A stretch of 64,000 nucleotides of DNA from an uncultured Bacteroidales bacterium (GTDB lineage: Bacteria > Bacteroidota > Bacteroidia > Bacteroidales > VadinHA17). Positions within the stretch are counted from its first letter, which is position 1. Each line of letters starts with the position of its first letter. Below, one piece after another: positions 10,065 to 19,447 of the stretch. The stretch covers positions 144,985 to 208,984 of the forward strand of contig CAVVRY010000019.1 in the NCBI GenBank assembly GCA_963750735.1. Direction: 5' to 3'. Below the pieces are notes generated by a model. That model searched no databases. It was not told the DNA's origin and saw nothing but the letters and a program-made list of their open reading frames with translations. The translations under genes were made by a program, and so were the position numbers.

Positions 10065-10925
10065 ATGATTAATATGAGGAAAATATCTTTGAGGCTTTTT
10101 CTAATTTCCGGATTCTGTTTGTTTTTATTCGGAAATGTGAATGCTTTTCAAGATAAGGAAAAAAAGATTGCAGAGTTTGAAATGGAAATCTCATCATTCT
10201 TTGACCAATTGAGAAAAAGTCAGAATGATGCTGATAAGTTAGAAATCAATAAAAATGTGATAGATGTTTTTAAGAGAATGCTATCCATTGAAGGTTCTTT
10301 TGATTTTCCATTTGATTCACTTAAGTATTTAGGTAAAATTTATTCTCCTGATAAGCTTTTAAGGATATTTTCCTGGAATTTGCCAATGCTGGATGGAACT
10401 CATCGTTACTTTGGATATATACAACATAAATCATCTAAAAATGGGTCAATCAAATTATATTTTCTGGATGATTCAAAAAATTCCAGGCTTACCAATGATA
10501 GAATTTATACACACGATAATTGGTATGGGGCATTGTATTATGAGATTGTAAAAACAGAATGCAAGGGTAAAATCTTATACACAGTCCTAGGTTTTGCTTT
10601 TAACAACTATCTTACAAATTACAAAATTGTTGATGTTATAAGCTTTAATAGCGATGAGATTATTATTGGTTCACCAATTTTTAAGTTTGAAGAATCTTTG
10701 TATTTCCGGAAAATATTTGAATACTCAGCCAGAGTTTCAATGATATTGCGTTACGAGAAAGATAGATCATTGATAGTGTATGATCACCTTTCTCCCTCTC
10801 AGCCAGACTACGAAGGCCAATACCAATTCTATGGGCCGGATTCTTCATACGATGGGCTTGAATTTAGAAATTGTTTTTGGAACTTAATTGAAGATTTGAA
10901 TCTTAAAAATAAAGCTAGGAATTAG
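10065..10925 (+). CDS. Hypothetical secreted protein
   Basis: 286-aa ORF with a signal peptide (LFLISGFCLFLFGNVNA). No family recognised. Confidence 0.6.
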   Translation: MINMRKISLRLFLISGFCLFLFGNVNAFQDKEKKIAEFEMEISSFFDQLRKSQNDADKLEINKNVIDVFKRMLSIEGSFDFPFDSLKYLGKIYSPDKLLRIFSWNLPMLDGTHRYFGYIQHKSSKNGSIKLYFLDDSKNSRLTNDRIYTHDNWYGALYYEIVKTECKGKILYTVLGFAFNNYLTNYKIVDVISFNSDEIIIGSPIFKFEESLYFRKIFEYSARVSMILRYEKDRSLIVYDHLSPSQPDYEGQYQFYGPDSSYDGLEFRNCFWNLIEDLNLKNKARN

Positions 10926-11054
10926 GCAAATATTCAACTCCAATTACTCATCATCAAAATATATTTTATAATTTAACCACCAATTCATTTGAAGGGTTAG
11001 CAACGAATGGAATTTTGAGGGGTTAAAGAATCATTTCAGAACTAAGATTATAAT

Positions 11055-11588
11055 TTGATTGAACGCATGCTAAAACCGAGGAAGAGGAAAAGCTATATCT
11101 ATTTTGTTGATCGGCATCGGTCAATATTTGAAGGCATGTTAGCCAGATTTCGAAATGCTCTGAAATACTCATTGAAGAATTTTTCTGCCTTAGATGGTCT
11201 GATAAATGAATTGAATAGTACCACCCAGGTTATAAACAGGACTCGAGTAGCGATCCTGGTAATTGATCATAAGGAAAATATGGAGGTGATTGAAAATGAA
11301 ATCTCGGGATTTGTTACAACCATAAAAAAAATTGACTCTGAAATGAACCTGATTGTTGTAGCTGGAAAAAATGCTGCAGATACTGTTATTAATGTTAATC
11401 CGCCAGCATCGTATTCATTGGTTCAAAATAATGACAATGCCATTCTGAAAGTTACCAACCTAATTATGGGAATGATTAGCCGCGAAAGCCTTGAGCAGAA
11501 ATACATTTCCGCAAGACGATCTGTAATCCTCTTTAGTTTATTTGTTTTGGTTTCAGCTTTACTGGGTTTATTATTCTTCTTACTATAA
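11055..11588 (+). CDS. Hypothetical protein with a single C-terminal TM helix (tail-anchored topology)
   Basis: 177-aa ORF with a TTG start; an alternative ATG lies a few codons in. C-terminal VILFSLFVLVSALLGLLFFLL. No family recognised. Confidence 0.5.
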   Translation: MIERMLKPRKRKSYIYFVDRHRSIFEGMLARFRNALKYSLKNFSALDGLINELNSTTQVINRTRVAILVIDHKENMEVIENEISGFVTTIKKIDSEMNLIVVAGKNAADTVINVNPPASYSLVQNNDNAILKVTNLIMGMISRESLEQKYISARRSVILFSLFVLVSALLGLLFFLL

Positions 11589-11741
11589 AAATTCCTGCTG
11601 TTTTAAAACTTCTAATTACTGTTTTTGTCTGAATACCAGAAACACAGTAGTGACTATTTGTCAGTTTTATTGAATTGGCATATCCTTTGAAATATTCGTT
11701 TCTGAATTTATAGATGTTTAACTTGAAAATAATAATATAAA

Positions 11742-13787
11742 ATGCAGACAGGTAAAATTAATGTTACTACTGAGAATATTTTTCCGATTATAAAAAAGTT
11801 TCTTTATTCTGATCACGAGATTTTTTTAAGAGAACTGATTTCAAATGCTGTTGATGCAACGCAAAAACTTAAGACTATGCAATCAGTAGGTGATTTTAAA
11901 GGTGAGATAAAGGACCAGACCATTCGGGTTGAATTGGATAAAAAGAAGAAAACGCTTACAATTTCTGACAATGGTGTTGGAATGACAGGAGATGAAATTA
12001 AAAAGTATATCAACCAGATAGCTTTTTCAAGCGCTGAAGATTTTTTGGAGAAATATAAAGATAAAGCAAATGCTATTATTGGTCATTTCGGCCTGGGTTT
12101 CTATTCTGCTTTTATGGTTTCAAAGAAAGTGGAAATTCATACTAAATCGTATAAACCGAATACCAAAGCGGTTAAATGGTCATGTGATGGCAGCCCTGAA
12201 TTTACGTTGGAGGACATTGATAAAAAAGAAGTGGGTTCAGATATTGTTTTATACCTTGACAAAGACTCAAAAGAATTTCTTGAGGAGTCGAGGATCAATG
12301 AGTTGCTGAGGAAATATTCACGGTATTTACCAATTCCAATTGCCTTTGGTAAAGAGAAAGACTGGAAAGATGGTAAAGAGGTTGAAACAGGTAAAGACAA
12401 TATTATAAATATAACTTCCCCGGCCTGGGTTAAAAAACCAGCCGACCTAAAAGATGAAGATTATCTTGAATTTTACAAGGATCTTTATCCAATGCAGGAA
12501 GAACCTTTATTTAATATTCACTTAAATGTGGATTATCCATTTAAGCTCACGGGCATTTTGTACTTTCCAAGAATAAAAAATCAGATTGAAGTACAGAAGA
12601 ACAAAATCAATTTGTTTAGCAATCAGGTATATGTAACAGATTCAGTTGAAGGCATTGTCCCTGAATTTCTAACCCTTTTACATGGGGTATTAGATTCACC
12701 TGATATTCCTTTGAATGTTTCCAGAAGCTATTTACAAAGTGATAGCAATGTGAAAAAAATATCAAGTCATATAAATAAAAAAGTCTCTGATAGATTAAAT
12801 GATTTGTTTAAAAAAGATAGAAAAGAGTTTGAAAATAAGTGGGATGACCTAAGTATGTTTATCAGTTATGGTATGTTATCCGACGAGAAGTTTTATGAGA
12901 GAGCCCAGAAATTCGCCTTTCTTAAAAACACAGATAGCAAGTATTTTACTTTCGATGAGTATAAGAAACTCATCCAGGATAATCAGACAGATAAGAATAA
13001 ATCATTAATATACTTATATGCTACAAACATTGAAGATCAGTATTCATTTATTGAGTCTGCCAAGGCGAAAGGGTATGATGTTCTTTTGATGGAGGGTCAC
13101 CTTGATACGCATTTGGTTAGTCATCTTGAACAGAAATTTGAGAATTCCAGATTTGTACGCGTCGATTCTGATGTTGTTGATAAATTGATACTCAAAGAAG
13201 GTGCTCAGGAAACAAAATTGTCAACAGCAGAACAACTTGTTTTGAAGAATGTCCTTGTTGGCCCATTGCCAAATAAAGAAAACTTTGATGTAGATTTTGC
13301 CAGTATGAATGAAAATGATGTTCCACTGGTTATTACTCAGTCTGAATTTACCAGGCGCATGAAAGACATGTCAACTCTGGGCGGTGGGATGAATTTTTAT
13401 GGCAATTTGCCTGACCGTTTTAGTCTTGTTGTAAATAGTAATAATTCTTTAATTGCAAGGACCTTAGTAGATGTAACTAAGACACATGAGAAAGATCTGA
13501 AAGGATTTTCGGAGAAGCTGGATTCTCTTGAAGAACATAAGAAGGAGTTACAGAAAGCACAGGAAGGGAAAAAAGATGAAGAGATTAAGCAGGAGGAGAA
13601 GGATAAACTTAGTAATGTTGAAACAAAGATCAAAGAAATTGAAGATAAGAGGCAAACTATGCTTGAGGAGTATGGTAAAAAGAATAATTTGATATGTCAA
13701 TTGACAGATTTAGCCCTGCTTTCAAATAATATGTTAAAGGGTGAACATCTAACAAAATTCGTTAAAAGAAGTATAGATTTAATCTGA
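11742..13787 (+). CDS. htpG: Molecular chaperone HtpG (Hsp90)
   Basis: 681 aa. GHKL ATPase motifs FLRELISNAVDA and ISDNGVGMT, plus a charged linker near the C-terminus. Confidence 0.95.
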   Translation: MQTGKINVTTENIFPIIKKFLYSDHEIFLRELISNAVDATQKLKTMQSVGDFKGEIKDQTIRVELDKKKKTLTISDNGVGMTGDEIKKYINQIAFSSAEDFLEKYKDKANAIIGHFGLGFYSAFMVSKKVEIHTKSYKPNTKAVKWSCDGSPEFTLEDIDKKEVGSDIVLYLDKDSKEFLEESRINELLRKYSRYLPIPIAFGKEKDWKDGKEVETGKDNIINITSPAWVKKPADLKDEDYLEFYKDLYPMQEEPLFNIHLNVDYPFKLTGILYFPRIKNQIEVQKNKINLFSNQVYVTDSVEGIVPEFLTLLHGVLDSPDIPLNVSRSYLQSDSNVKKISSHINKKVSDRLNDLFKKDRKEFENKWDDLSMFISYGMLSDEKFYERAQKFAFLKNTDSKYFTFDEYKKLIQDNQTDKNKSLIYLYATNIEDQYSFIESAKAKGYDVLLMEGHLDTHLVSHLEQKFENSRFVRVDSDVVDKLILKEGAQETKLSTAEQLVLKNVLVGPLPNKENFDVDFASMNENDVPLVITQSEFTRRMKDMSTLGGGMNFYGNLPDRFSLVVNSNNSLIARTLVDVTKTHEKDLKGFSEKLDSLEEHKKELQKAQEGKKDEEIKQEEKDKLSNVETKIKEIEDKRQTMLEEYGKKNNLICQLTDLALLSNNMLKGEHLTKFVKRSIDLI

Positions 13788-13813
13788 TTTCAGATGTGAA
13801 AGTGAATGTCGTT

Positions 13814-13841
13814 AAAAAAGCTCCTGTGTGGGGCTTTTTTT
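13814..13841. terminator. Bidirectional terminator between htpG and the convergent 13840..14358 gene
   Basis: Stem aaaaagctcc / ggggcttttt with loop tgtgt. An A-run and a T-run flank it, so it can work on both strands. Confidence 0.65.
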
Positions 13842-14358
13842 ATATAAGCTTGTTTAGCTCTTCCTTTAAGAAACCAATAGCTATCTGAGTTGGATGTTTT
13901 TCAACTTCCATTATTCTTTCCAGTATCAAGCTACTAAGTTTTATTGAAGGTTCACCAGGTTTAACTCTGTCTGCTGAGGTATTAATTAGTTTAATGACAC
14001 CTGCTCTCGCATTTTTTACAAGTTCCCAGGCTTGAGAGCTAATGTAAAGTTGTTGAGAGAGGTTGTGCTCATATTCTGCACGGATGGTTCGTAAAATATC
14101 CTGATGTAACTGGGATGAAGTCATTCCAGGCTGGTTTGCCCGAATAATCAATGAATCCGGAGTGATTCTTTCAAGGAATAAAACCATACGCTCATAAGCC
14201 TGAAGTCGAATGGGCAAAGCTATTTTCTGATTTTGGACAATCAGCTCATATTTTCCTCTTTCCTGCTCTTTTTTAATCATCTGTTTTAAGATGAAAACAG
14301 CCGTAAGAAAAACAATTATCGCAGGAATAGTGTATTTAAGAATTTCCAAAATTTCCAT
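13840..14358 (-). CDS. Hypothetical membrane-anchored protein
   Basis: The ORF track gives 13840..14403. The internal ATG at 14358 (MEILEILKYTIPAIIVFLTAVFIL) places a TM helix at the N-terminus. No family recognised. Confidence 0.55.
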   Translation of the reverse strand: MEILEILKYTIPAIIVFLTAVFILKQMIKKEQERGKYELIVQNQKIALPIRLQAYERMVLFLERITPDSLIIRANQPGMTSSQLHQDILRTIRAEYEHNLSQQLYISSQAWELVKNARAGVIKLINTSADRVKPGEPSIKLSSLILERIMEVEKHPTQIAIGFLKEELNKLI

Positions 14359-14521
14359 TTTTTTAATTTTAGGGTAAAATGTTTTTAAAAATATGTTGTA
14401 CAATATTAATTATTTTTTAGAATTCATTTCAATTTTTATAACATTTGTATCCTTAACTGCGTAACTTCAGTTACCAATCCGTTCTTAATTAGATTTCTTT
14501 ATTTACTAAAAGGAGAATAAA

Positions 14522-15739
14522 ATGAGTATAAGCCTTATTGGAAGATCCATTGGGGAATCTGCTACGCTATTATTAAATGAAACTGCTTCGATTTTAAAGG
14601 CCAAAGGAGAACCTTTAATTCATTTGGGTGGTGGTGAACCTAAAAGTACCGCTCCCCTTGATGCTATTACAAATCTGGCTGGATTATTAAACTCCGGAGA
14701 GATTAGATATACTCCTGTAGATGGTACTATTGAGATGAAAAGAGCCATCATCCGGTATATGGAGGAATATTACGATAAGAAAGTAGAACCAGAAAATGTT
14801 ATAGCATCTAATGGTGCAAAGCAGGCAATTATGGTGGCTATGCAGACCATCATTAATCCGCAGGATGAGGTAATTTTCCCGGCACCATATTGGTGCAGCT
14901 ATCCGGAAATAATTAAACTATGTGGCGGTATACCTGTGCCAGTTCTGCCTGAGGATGGGTCTTTCCATCCAAGAATGCAGGATATAATCCAAAATGTTAC
15001 ATCCTATACAAAAGCAATTATCCTTAATTCACCAAATAATCCAACTGGGATTATGTATTCTGAGCAATTTATCTCTGATATTGTTCAGTTTTGCGAAAAA
15101 GAGGGACTGTATCTAATTATGGATGAAATTTACCACCGTTTGCTTTTTGATGGTAGGAAAAGAGTGAATTGCTATGATTATGCCTCTGATATAGATGATA
15201 ACTCCAAACTGATTGTTGTAAATGGCGTTTCAAAGCAATATGCTATGACCGGTTTTAGAATTGGCTGGGCTGTTGCAAGTAAAAAGCTAATTGAGGTAAT
15301 GTCAAATATTCAGGGTCATCAAACTGCCGGACCACCAGTATTAATGCAAAAGGCTGCAATAGGTGCTATTAACGGAGTTCAATCAGGTGTGGAAAGTTTA
15401 AGACTTACACTTGAGAATAACAGGAATGTAATGATGGATCGATTGAATGCATTTGAGGGAGTTAAGCCTACTAAACCAGATGGTACTTTTTATGTTTTTG
15501 CTGATTTTAGCGTTTATGATAAAGATTCCTGTAGACTTTCTAAGTTATTGCTTGATAAGGTAAGAGTTCTTACAATGCCAGGCATGGAATTTGGCCTCGA
15601 CGGTTACCTGCGATTATCTACATGTGGGTCGATAAAAGAAATTATTGAGGGAATTGAAAGAATAAAATGGGCTCTGGATCCGAATTCCCCAAACGAATTA
15701 TTTATTGGTGAACGAAAACTAGTAAGAGACTGGTTATGA
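14522..15739 (+). CDS. Class I/II PLP aminotransferase, aspartate-aminotransferase-like
   Basis: 405 aa. Motifs NSPNNPTG and SKQYAMTGFRIGW (PLP lysine). An AAGGAG-like SD lies upstream. The stop overlaps the next start (ATGA at 15736-15739). Confidence 0.85.
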   Translation: MSISLIGRSIGESATLLLNETASILKAKGEPLIHLGGGEPKSTAPLDAITNLAGLLNSGEIRYTPVDGTIEMKRAIIRYMEEYYDKKVEPENVIASNGAKQAIMVAMQTIINPQDEVIFPAPYWCSYPEIIKLCGGIPVPVLPEDGSFHPRMQDIIQNVTSYTKAIILNSPNNPTGIMYSEQFISDIVQFCEKEGLYLIMDEIYHRLLFDGRKRVNCYDYASDIDDNSKLIVVNGVSKQYAMTGFRIGWAVASKKLIEVMSNIQGHQTAGPPVLMQKAAIGAINGVQSGVESLRLTLENNRNVMMDRLNAFEGVKPTKPDGTFYVFADFSVYDKDSCRLSKLLLDKVRVLTMPGMEFGLDGYLRLSTCGSIKEIIEGIERIKWALDPNSPNELFIGERKLVRDWL

Positions 15740-17388
15740 CAAAATATTTAAAATTTGAAACTCCTGCATTGAAACATGCGGGAGAACTTTCAGCCGATTT
15801 TGGTATTGAAAATCATGGACTTGTCCATGTAGATCAGATTTTTTGGAATCTTCCTGAATCAGCTCTTTATGAGGAGGCAATTTTCAGGGGTGAAGGGAAA
15901 ATGGTCCAGGGTGGACCTTTTCTTGTTAATACTGGAAAATGGACTGCGAGAGCTGCAAATGACAAGTACTTCGTGCATGAACCTTCAACCCTGGAAAGCA
16001 TAAATTGGGGAGAATATAATCGCCCAATGAGTCAGGAGAAATTTAGTGGACTGTTTTCCAGATTGCAGGCATTTTTACAGGGGGAAGAACTTTTTGTGCA
16101 GGATGTTTATGCAGGTGCCGATCCGAGGTATAGAATTCCATTTAGGATTATAACCGATAAAGCCTGGCAGAGCTTGTTTGCAAGAAACATGTTCCATACC
16201 ATTTCAAACCGGGATGAATTGAAGAAATTCATTCCTGAATTTACTCTTATTGCCTCGCCCTCTTTTAAGCTAGATCCGCGTATTGATGGAACATTGAGCA
16301 AAACAGCAATTGTAATTGACTTCTCAAAACGCCTTGCTATTATAGCAAATAGTAGTTATGCTGGGGAAATTAAGAAAACGGCTTTTACAATTATGAACTA
16401 CTTGAAACCCCTTCAGGATGTTATGGCCATGCATTGCTCTGCAAACATTGGTAAAAAAGACGATGTTGCTCTCTTCTTTGGGTTGAGTGGTACAGGAAAA
16501 ACTACCCTCTCAGCTGATTCAAACCGCAAGCTTATAGGAGATGATGAGCATGGGTGGAGTGATTACGGTATATTTAATTTTGAAGCAGGATGTTATGCCA
16601 AAGTTATCCGGCTTTCTTCTGAAAATGAACCGGAAATATATAATTGCACCAAGAGATATGGAACAATTCTGGAGAATGTGATTTTTGATCCCGCAACACG
16701 AAGAATTGATTTGGATGATGAAACTCTTACTGAAAATACAAGAGCTTCATATCCATTGGATTTTATTCCGAATTCAATTCCTGAGAAAATGGTGGATAGT
16801 CACCCTAAAAATGTAATTTTTCTTACTGCTGATGCTCAGGGTGTATTACCACCAATAGCCCGTTTGAATATGGATCAGGCTATTTATCATTTTATAAGCG
16901 GTTATACCTCGAAAATTGCCGGTACAGAATTAGGATTAGGAATAGAGCCTGAAATCACATTTAGTGCCTGTTTTGGAGCTCCTTTCATGGTACATCATCC
17001 ATTCTTTTATGCTGATCTCCTCCGGAAGAAGGTCGAAAAACACGGAGCAAAAGTTTGGCTGGTTAATACAGGATGGGTTGGTGGAAAGTTTGGAATAGGA
17101 AAAAGGATAAGTATACGACATACACGTAATATGTTGAATGCAGTACTTGATGGAAAGTTGAATGATGTAAAATTCAGGAAAGACGAACTTTTTGGATTTG
17201 AGGTTCCACTTTCCTGTCCAAATGTTCCTGATGATGTTTTTGATCCTTCAAATGCCTGGGGAAATAAGGAAGAGTATTGGAAGAAGTATGATGCTCTGGC
17301 GGCTCGCTATATTGAAAATTTCAAATTATTTGCCAAAGGAGTACCTGATGAAGTAGTAGCTTCCGGGCCAAAAAGACTTGCGAAATAG
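15736..17388 (+). CDS. pckA: Phosphoenolpyruvate carboxykinase (ATP), divergent paralog
   Basis: 550 aa. Kinase-1a motif FFGLSGTGKTTLS, plus IGDDEHGW and WLVNTGW. The substrate-loop motif reads TARAANDKY instead of the usual TGRSPxDK. Confidence 0.85.
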   Translation: MTKYLKFETPALKHAGELSADFGIENHGLVHVDQIFWNLPESALYEEAIFRGEGKMVQGGPFLVNTGKWTARAANDKYFVHEPSTLESINWGEYNRPMSQEKFSGLFSRLQAFLQGEELFVQDVYAGADPRYRIPFRIITDKAWQSLFARNMFHTISNRDELKKFIPEFTLIASPSFKLDPRIDGTLSKTAIVIDFSKRLAIIANSSYAGEIKKTAFTIMNYLKPLQDVMAMHCSANIGKKDDVALFFGLSGTGKTTLSADSNRKLIGDDEHGWSDYGIFNFEAGCYAKVIRLSSENEPEIYNCTKRYGTILENVIFDPATRRIDLDDETLTENTRASYPLDFIPNSIPEKMVDSHPKNVIFLTADAQGVLPPIARLNMDQAIYHFISGYTSKIAGTELGLGIEPEITFSACFGAPFMVHHPFFYADLLRKKVEKHGAKVWLVNTGWVGGKFGIGKRISIRHTRNMLNAVLDGKLNDVKFRKDELFGFEVPLSCPNVPDDVFDPSNAWGNKEEYWKKYDALAARYIENFKLFAKGVPDEVVASGPKRLAK

Positions 17389-17431
17389 AATAATCTAGCT
17401 AGCAAGAGGATAATTGTTGAGAGTTTGTTGG

Positions 17432-18112
17432 TCATTCCAGACTTTTAATATCTGGAATATATATTTCTTTTCTTTTGAAATCCAGTAGTCCTTCATTTTT
17501 TAAATCATTGAAACTGGTTGTTACCGTTTGTCTTGAAGTGCCTATCAGATCTGCAATGTCTTTATGTGTATAAAAATGGCTAATCCTTATTCCATTATTT
17601 TCCTCTGTTCCATTATTTTCAGATAAATCTTTTATAAACTCAATCAATCGGGTTCTAACATCTTTAAATACCAATGAATCCAACCTCCGCTCTAATTTTC
17701 TTATTCGCAAGCCGATTAATTTGTTGATTGTTAGTGCAAACTTCTTATTTCCTAACATAAGACCCTCAAGTTCATCAATACTCATCTGACATACCTTGGT
17801 CTCGTTCTCTGTTGCCTGAGCAACATCTGTCCGCTTTTCCTCACCCAAAACAACCATCTCACCAAATAAGTCTCCTACGGTTAAAATTCCCTTTACAACT
17901 TCCTCTCCTTGCTCAGTATAATTTAGAACCTTTACTTTACCTTTAGAAATAAGGAAAATATTTTTGGCAGGGTCATCCGTAAAGTATATAAAATCATCTC
18001 TTTTATACGTTCGTACAACATGAGATTCTTCATAATTTCCAAACTTAGTAGGGCACAGGATCTTAAATAAATCTACATCTTCGATATACCAGATATTTTC
18101 CATTATTCTCAA
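17432..18112 (-). CDS. Crp/Fnr-family transcriptional regulator
   Basis: 226 aa with a cNMP-binding beta-barrel (GDLFGEMVVLG) and a C-terminal HTH (IADLIGTSRQTVTTSFNDLKNEG). Confidence 0.85.
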   Translation of the reverse strand: MRIMENIWYIEDVDLFKILCPTKFGNYEESHVVRTYKRDDFIYFTDDPAKNIFLISKGKVKVLNYTEQGEEVVKGILTVGDLFGEMVVLGEEKRTDVAQATENETKVCQMSIDELEGLMLGNKKFALTINKLIGLRIRKLERRLDSLVFKDVRTRLIEFIKDLSENNGTEENNGIRISHFYTHKDIADLIGTSRQTVTTSFNDLKNEGLLDFKRKEIYIPDIKSLE

Positions 18113-18213
18113 CCTTAATTGAATAATTTCGTATCTAAAAATAGAAAAAAATAATTAACTGTATTGAAATTATTATTTTTGTGGTTAGAACAATATAAGA
18201 TATTTTAACAAAA

Positions 18214-19254
18214 TTGAAATTTAAGATAAAAAGAACCCTTGCTTTAGCCTTTATAATTCTCGCTGTTATAGTTGGGTATTTTGGATATACTTCTTATGGG
18301 AAAGTATATGGAACTATTAAAATCCCGGACGATTCAGGTTATTATCTGTTTATTCCAACAGGAACCAACCTTGAGCAACTTACAGATATCCTATTCGAAA
18401 AAGGAATAATAGATGATTACGATGGTTTCCTTTGGTTAGCTAAGAAGAAAAACCTATCGAGTCATTTAAACCCAGGTCGGTATCATCTTAAACAGGGGTT
18501 TAGTAAAAATGATCTGGTAAACTTAATTCGCACTGGAAATCAATCATCAGTAAAGGTTGTATTTAATAACCTCAGGACACCAGATCAACTGGCAGGTGTA
18601 ATAGCCAAACAAATTGAAGTGGATTCCATATCTCTTCAAAATTTGTTTTCTGACGAGGAATATCTACAGGAGAGAAACTGGAATCAGCAAACATTACCCG
18701 CATTATTTATACCTAATACATATGAATTCTACTGGAATACTTCAGCTGAAGGTTTTTTTAACCGGATGATAAAAGAATACGATTCTTTTTGGACTGAGGA
18801 GAAATTGAATAAATCAAAAGCTCTTGGACTTAGCCCGGTAGAAGTGGTCACATTAGCTTCAATCGTTGATGAGGAATCATATCGAGACGATGAACTTCCT
18901 ATAATTGCAGATTTATATTTGAATAGACTTAAGTCACGATACAGACTACAGGCTGATCCAACCATTAAGTTTGCAAAAGGTGATTTTGCCATGACCAGAG
19001 TCTTAAAAAAAGATCTTAATATTGATTCACCCTATAATACATATAAATATTATGGCCTTCCACCCGGACCAATTTCAATACCTTCTATTAATGCTATAAA
19101 CGCAGTATTGAATCCTGAAAGAAATGGCTATTTGTATATGTGTGCAAAAGAAGATTTCTCGGGTTATCATAATTTTGCCAAGACCCTTCAGGAACATAAT
19201 CGCAATGCCAAGAAATATCAGAATGCTTTGAATAAGAGGAGAATATATAAGTAG
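18214..19254 (+). CDS. mltG: Endolytic murein transglycosylase MltG (YceG-like)
   Basis: 346 aa with an N-terminal TM helix and a YceG domain (ASIVDEES, LQADPTIKF, SPYNTYKYYGLPPGPISIP). TTG start. Confidence 0.85.
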   Translation: MKFKIKRTLALAFIILAVIVGYFGYTSYGKVYGTIKIPDDSGYYLFIPTGTNLEQLTDILFEKGIIDDYDGFLWLAKKKNLSSHLNPGRYHLKQGFSKNDLVNLIRTGNQSSVKVVFNNLRTPDQLAGVIAKQIEVDSISLQNLFSDEEYLQERNWNQQTLPALFIPNTYEFYWNTSAEGFFNRMIKEYDSFWTEEKLNKSKALGLSPVEVVTLASIVDEESYRDDELPIIADLYLNRLKSRYRLQADPTIKFAKGDFAMTRVLKKDLNIDSPYNTYKYYGLPPGPISIPSINAINAVLNPERNGYLYMCAKEDFSGYHNFAKTLQEHNRNAKKYQNALNKRRIYK

Positions 19255-19447
19255 AATAAGCAAATTTACCTTTTTCGTATGGAAGTATTTTTAAATCGTA
19301 CTTTTTTATCATAAGTTTTTTGGATACTGAAGTATGTAATACAATATTTAATAATATTAACTTTATATAGTAGCTTTGCTTACAAATTAGGCAACAACAA
19401 CACAACCATATTATTGAGTTTTTAATAAAAATTGACAAATACCGGGA

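Noticed and set aside
19094-19438. 114-aa minus-strand ORF with a CCCC run spanning the mltG 3' end and the intergenic region
   Set aside because: It overlaps the well-supported mltG gene. The remainder is AT-rich intergenic sequence, and there are no motifs or a sensible start context.
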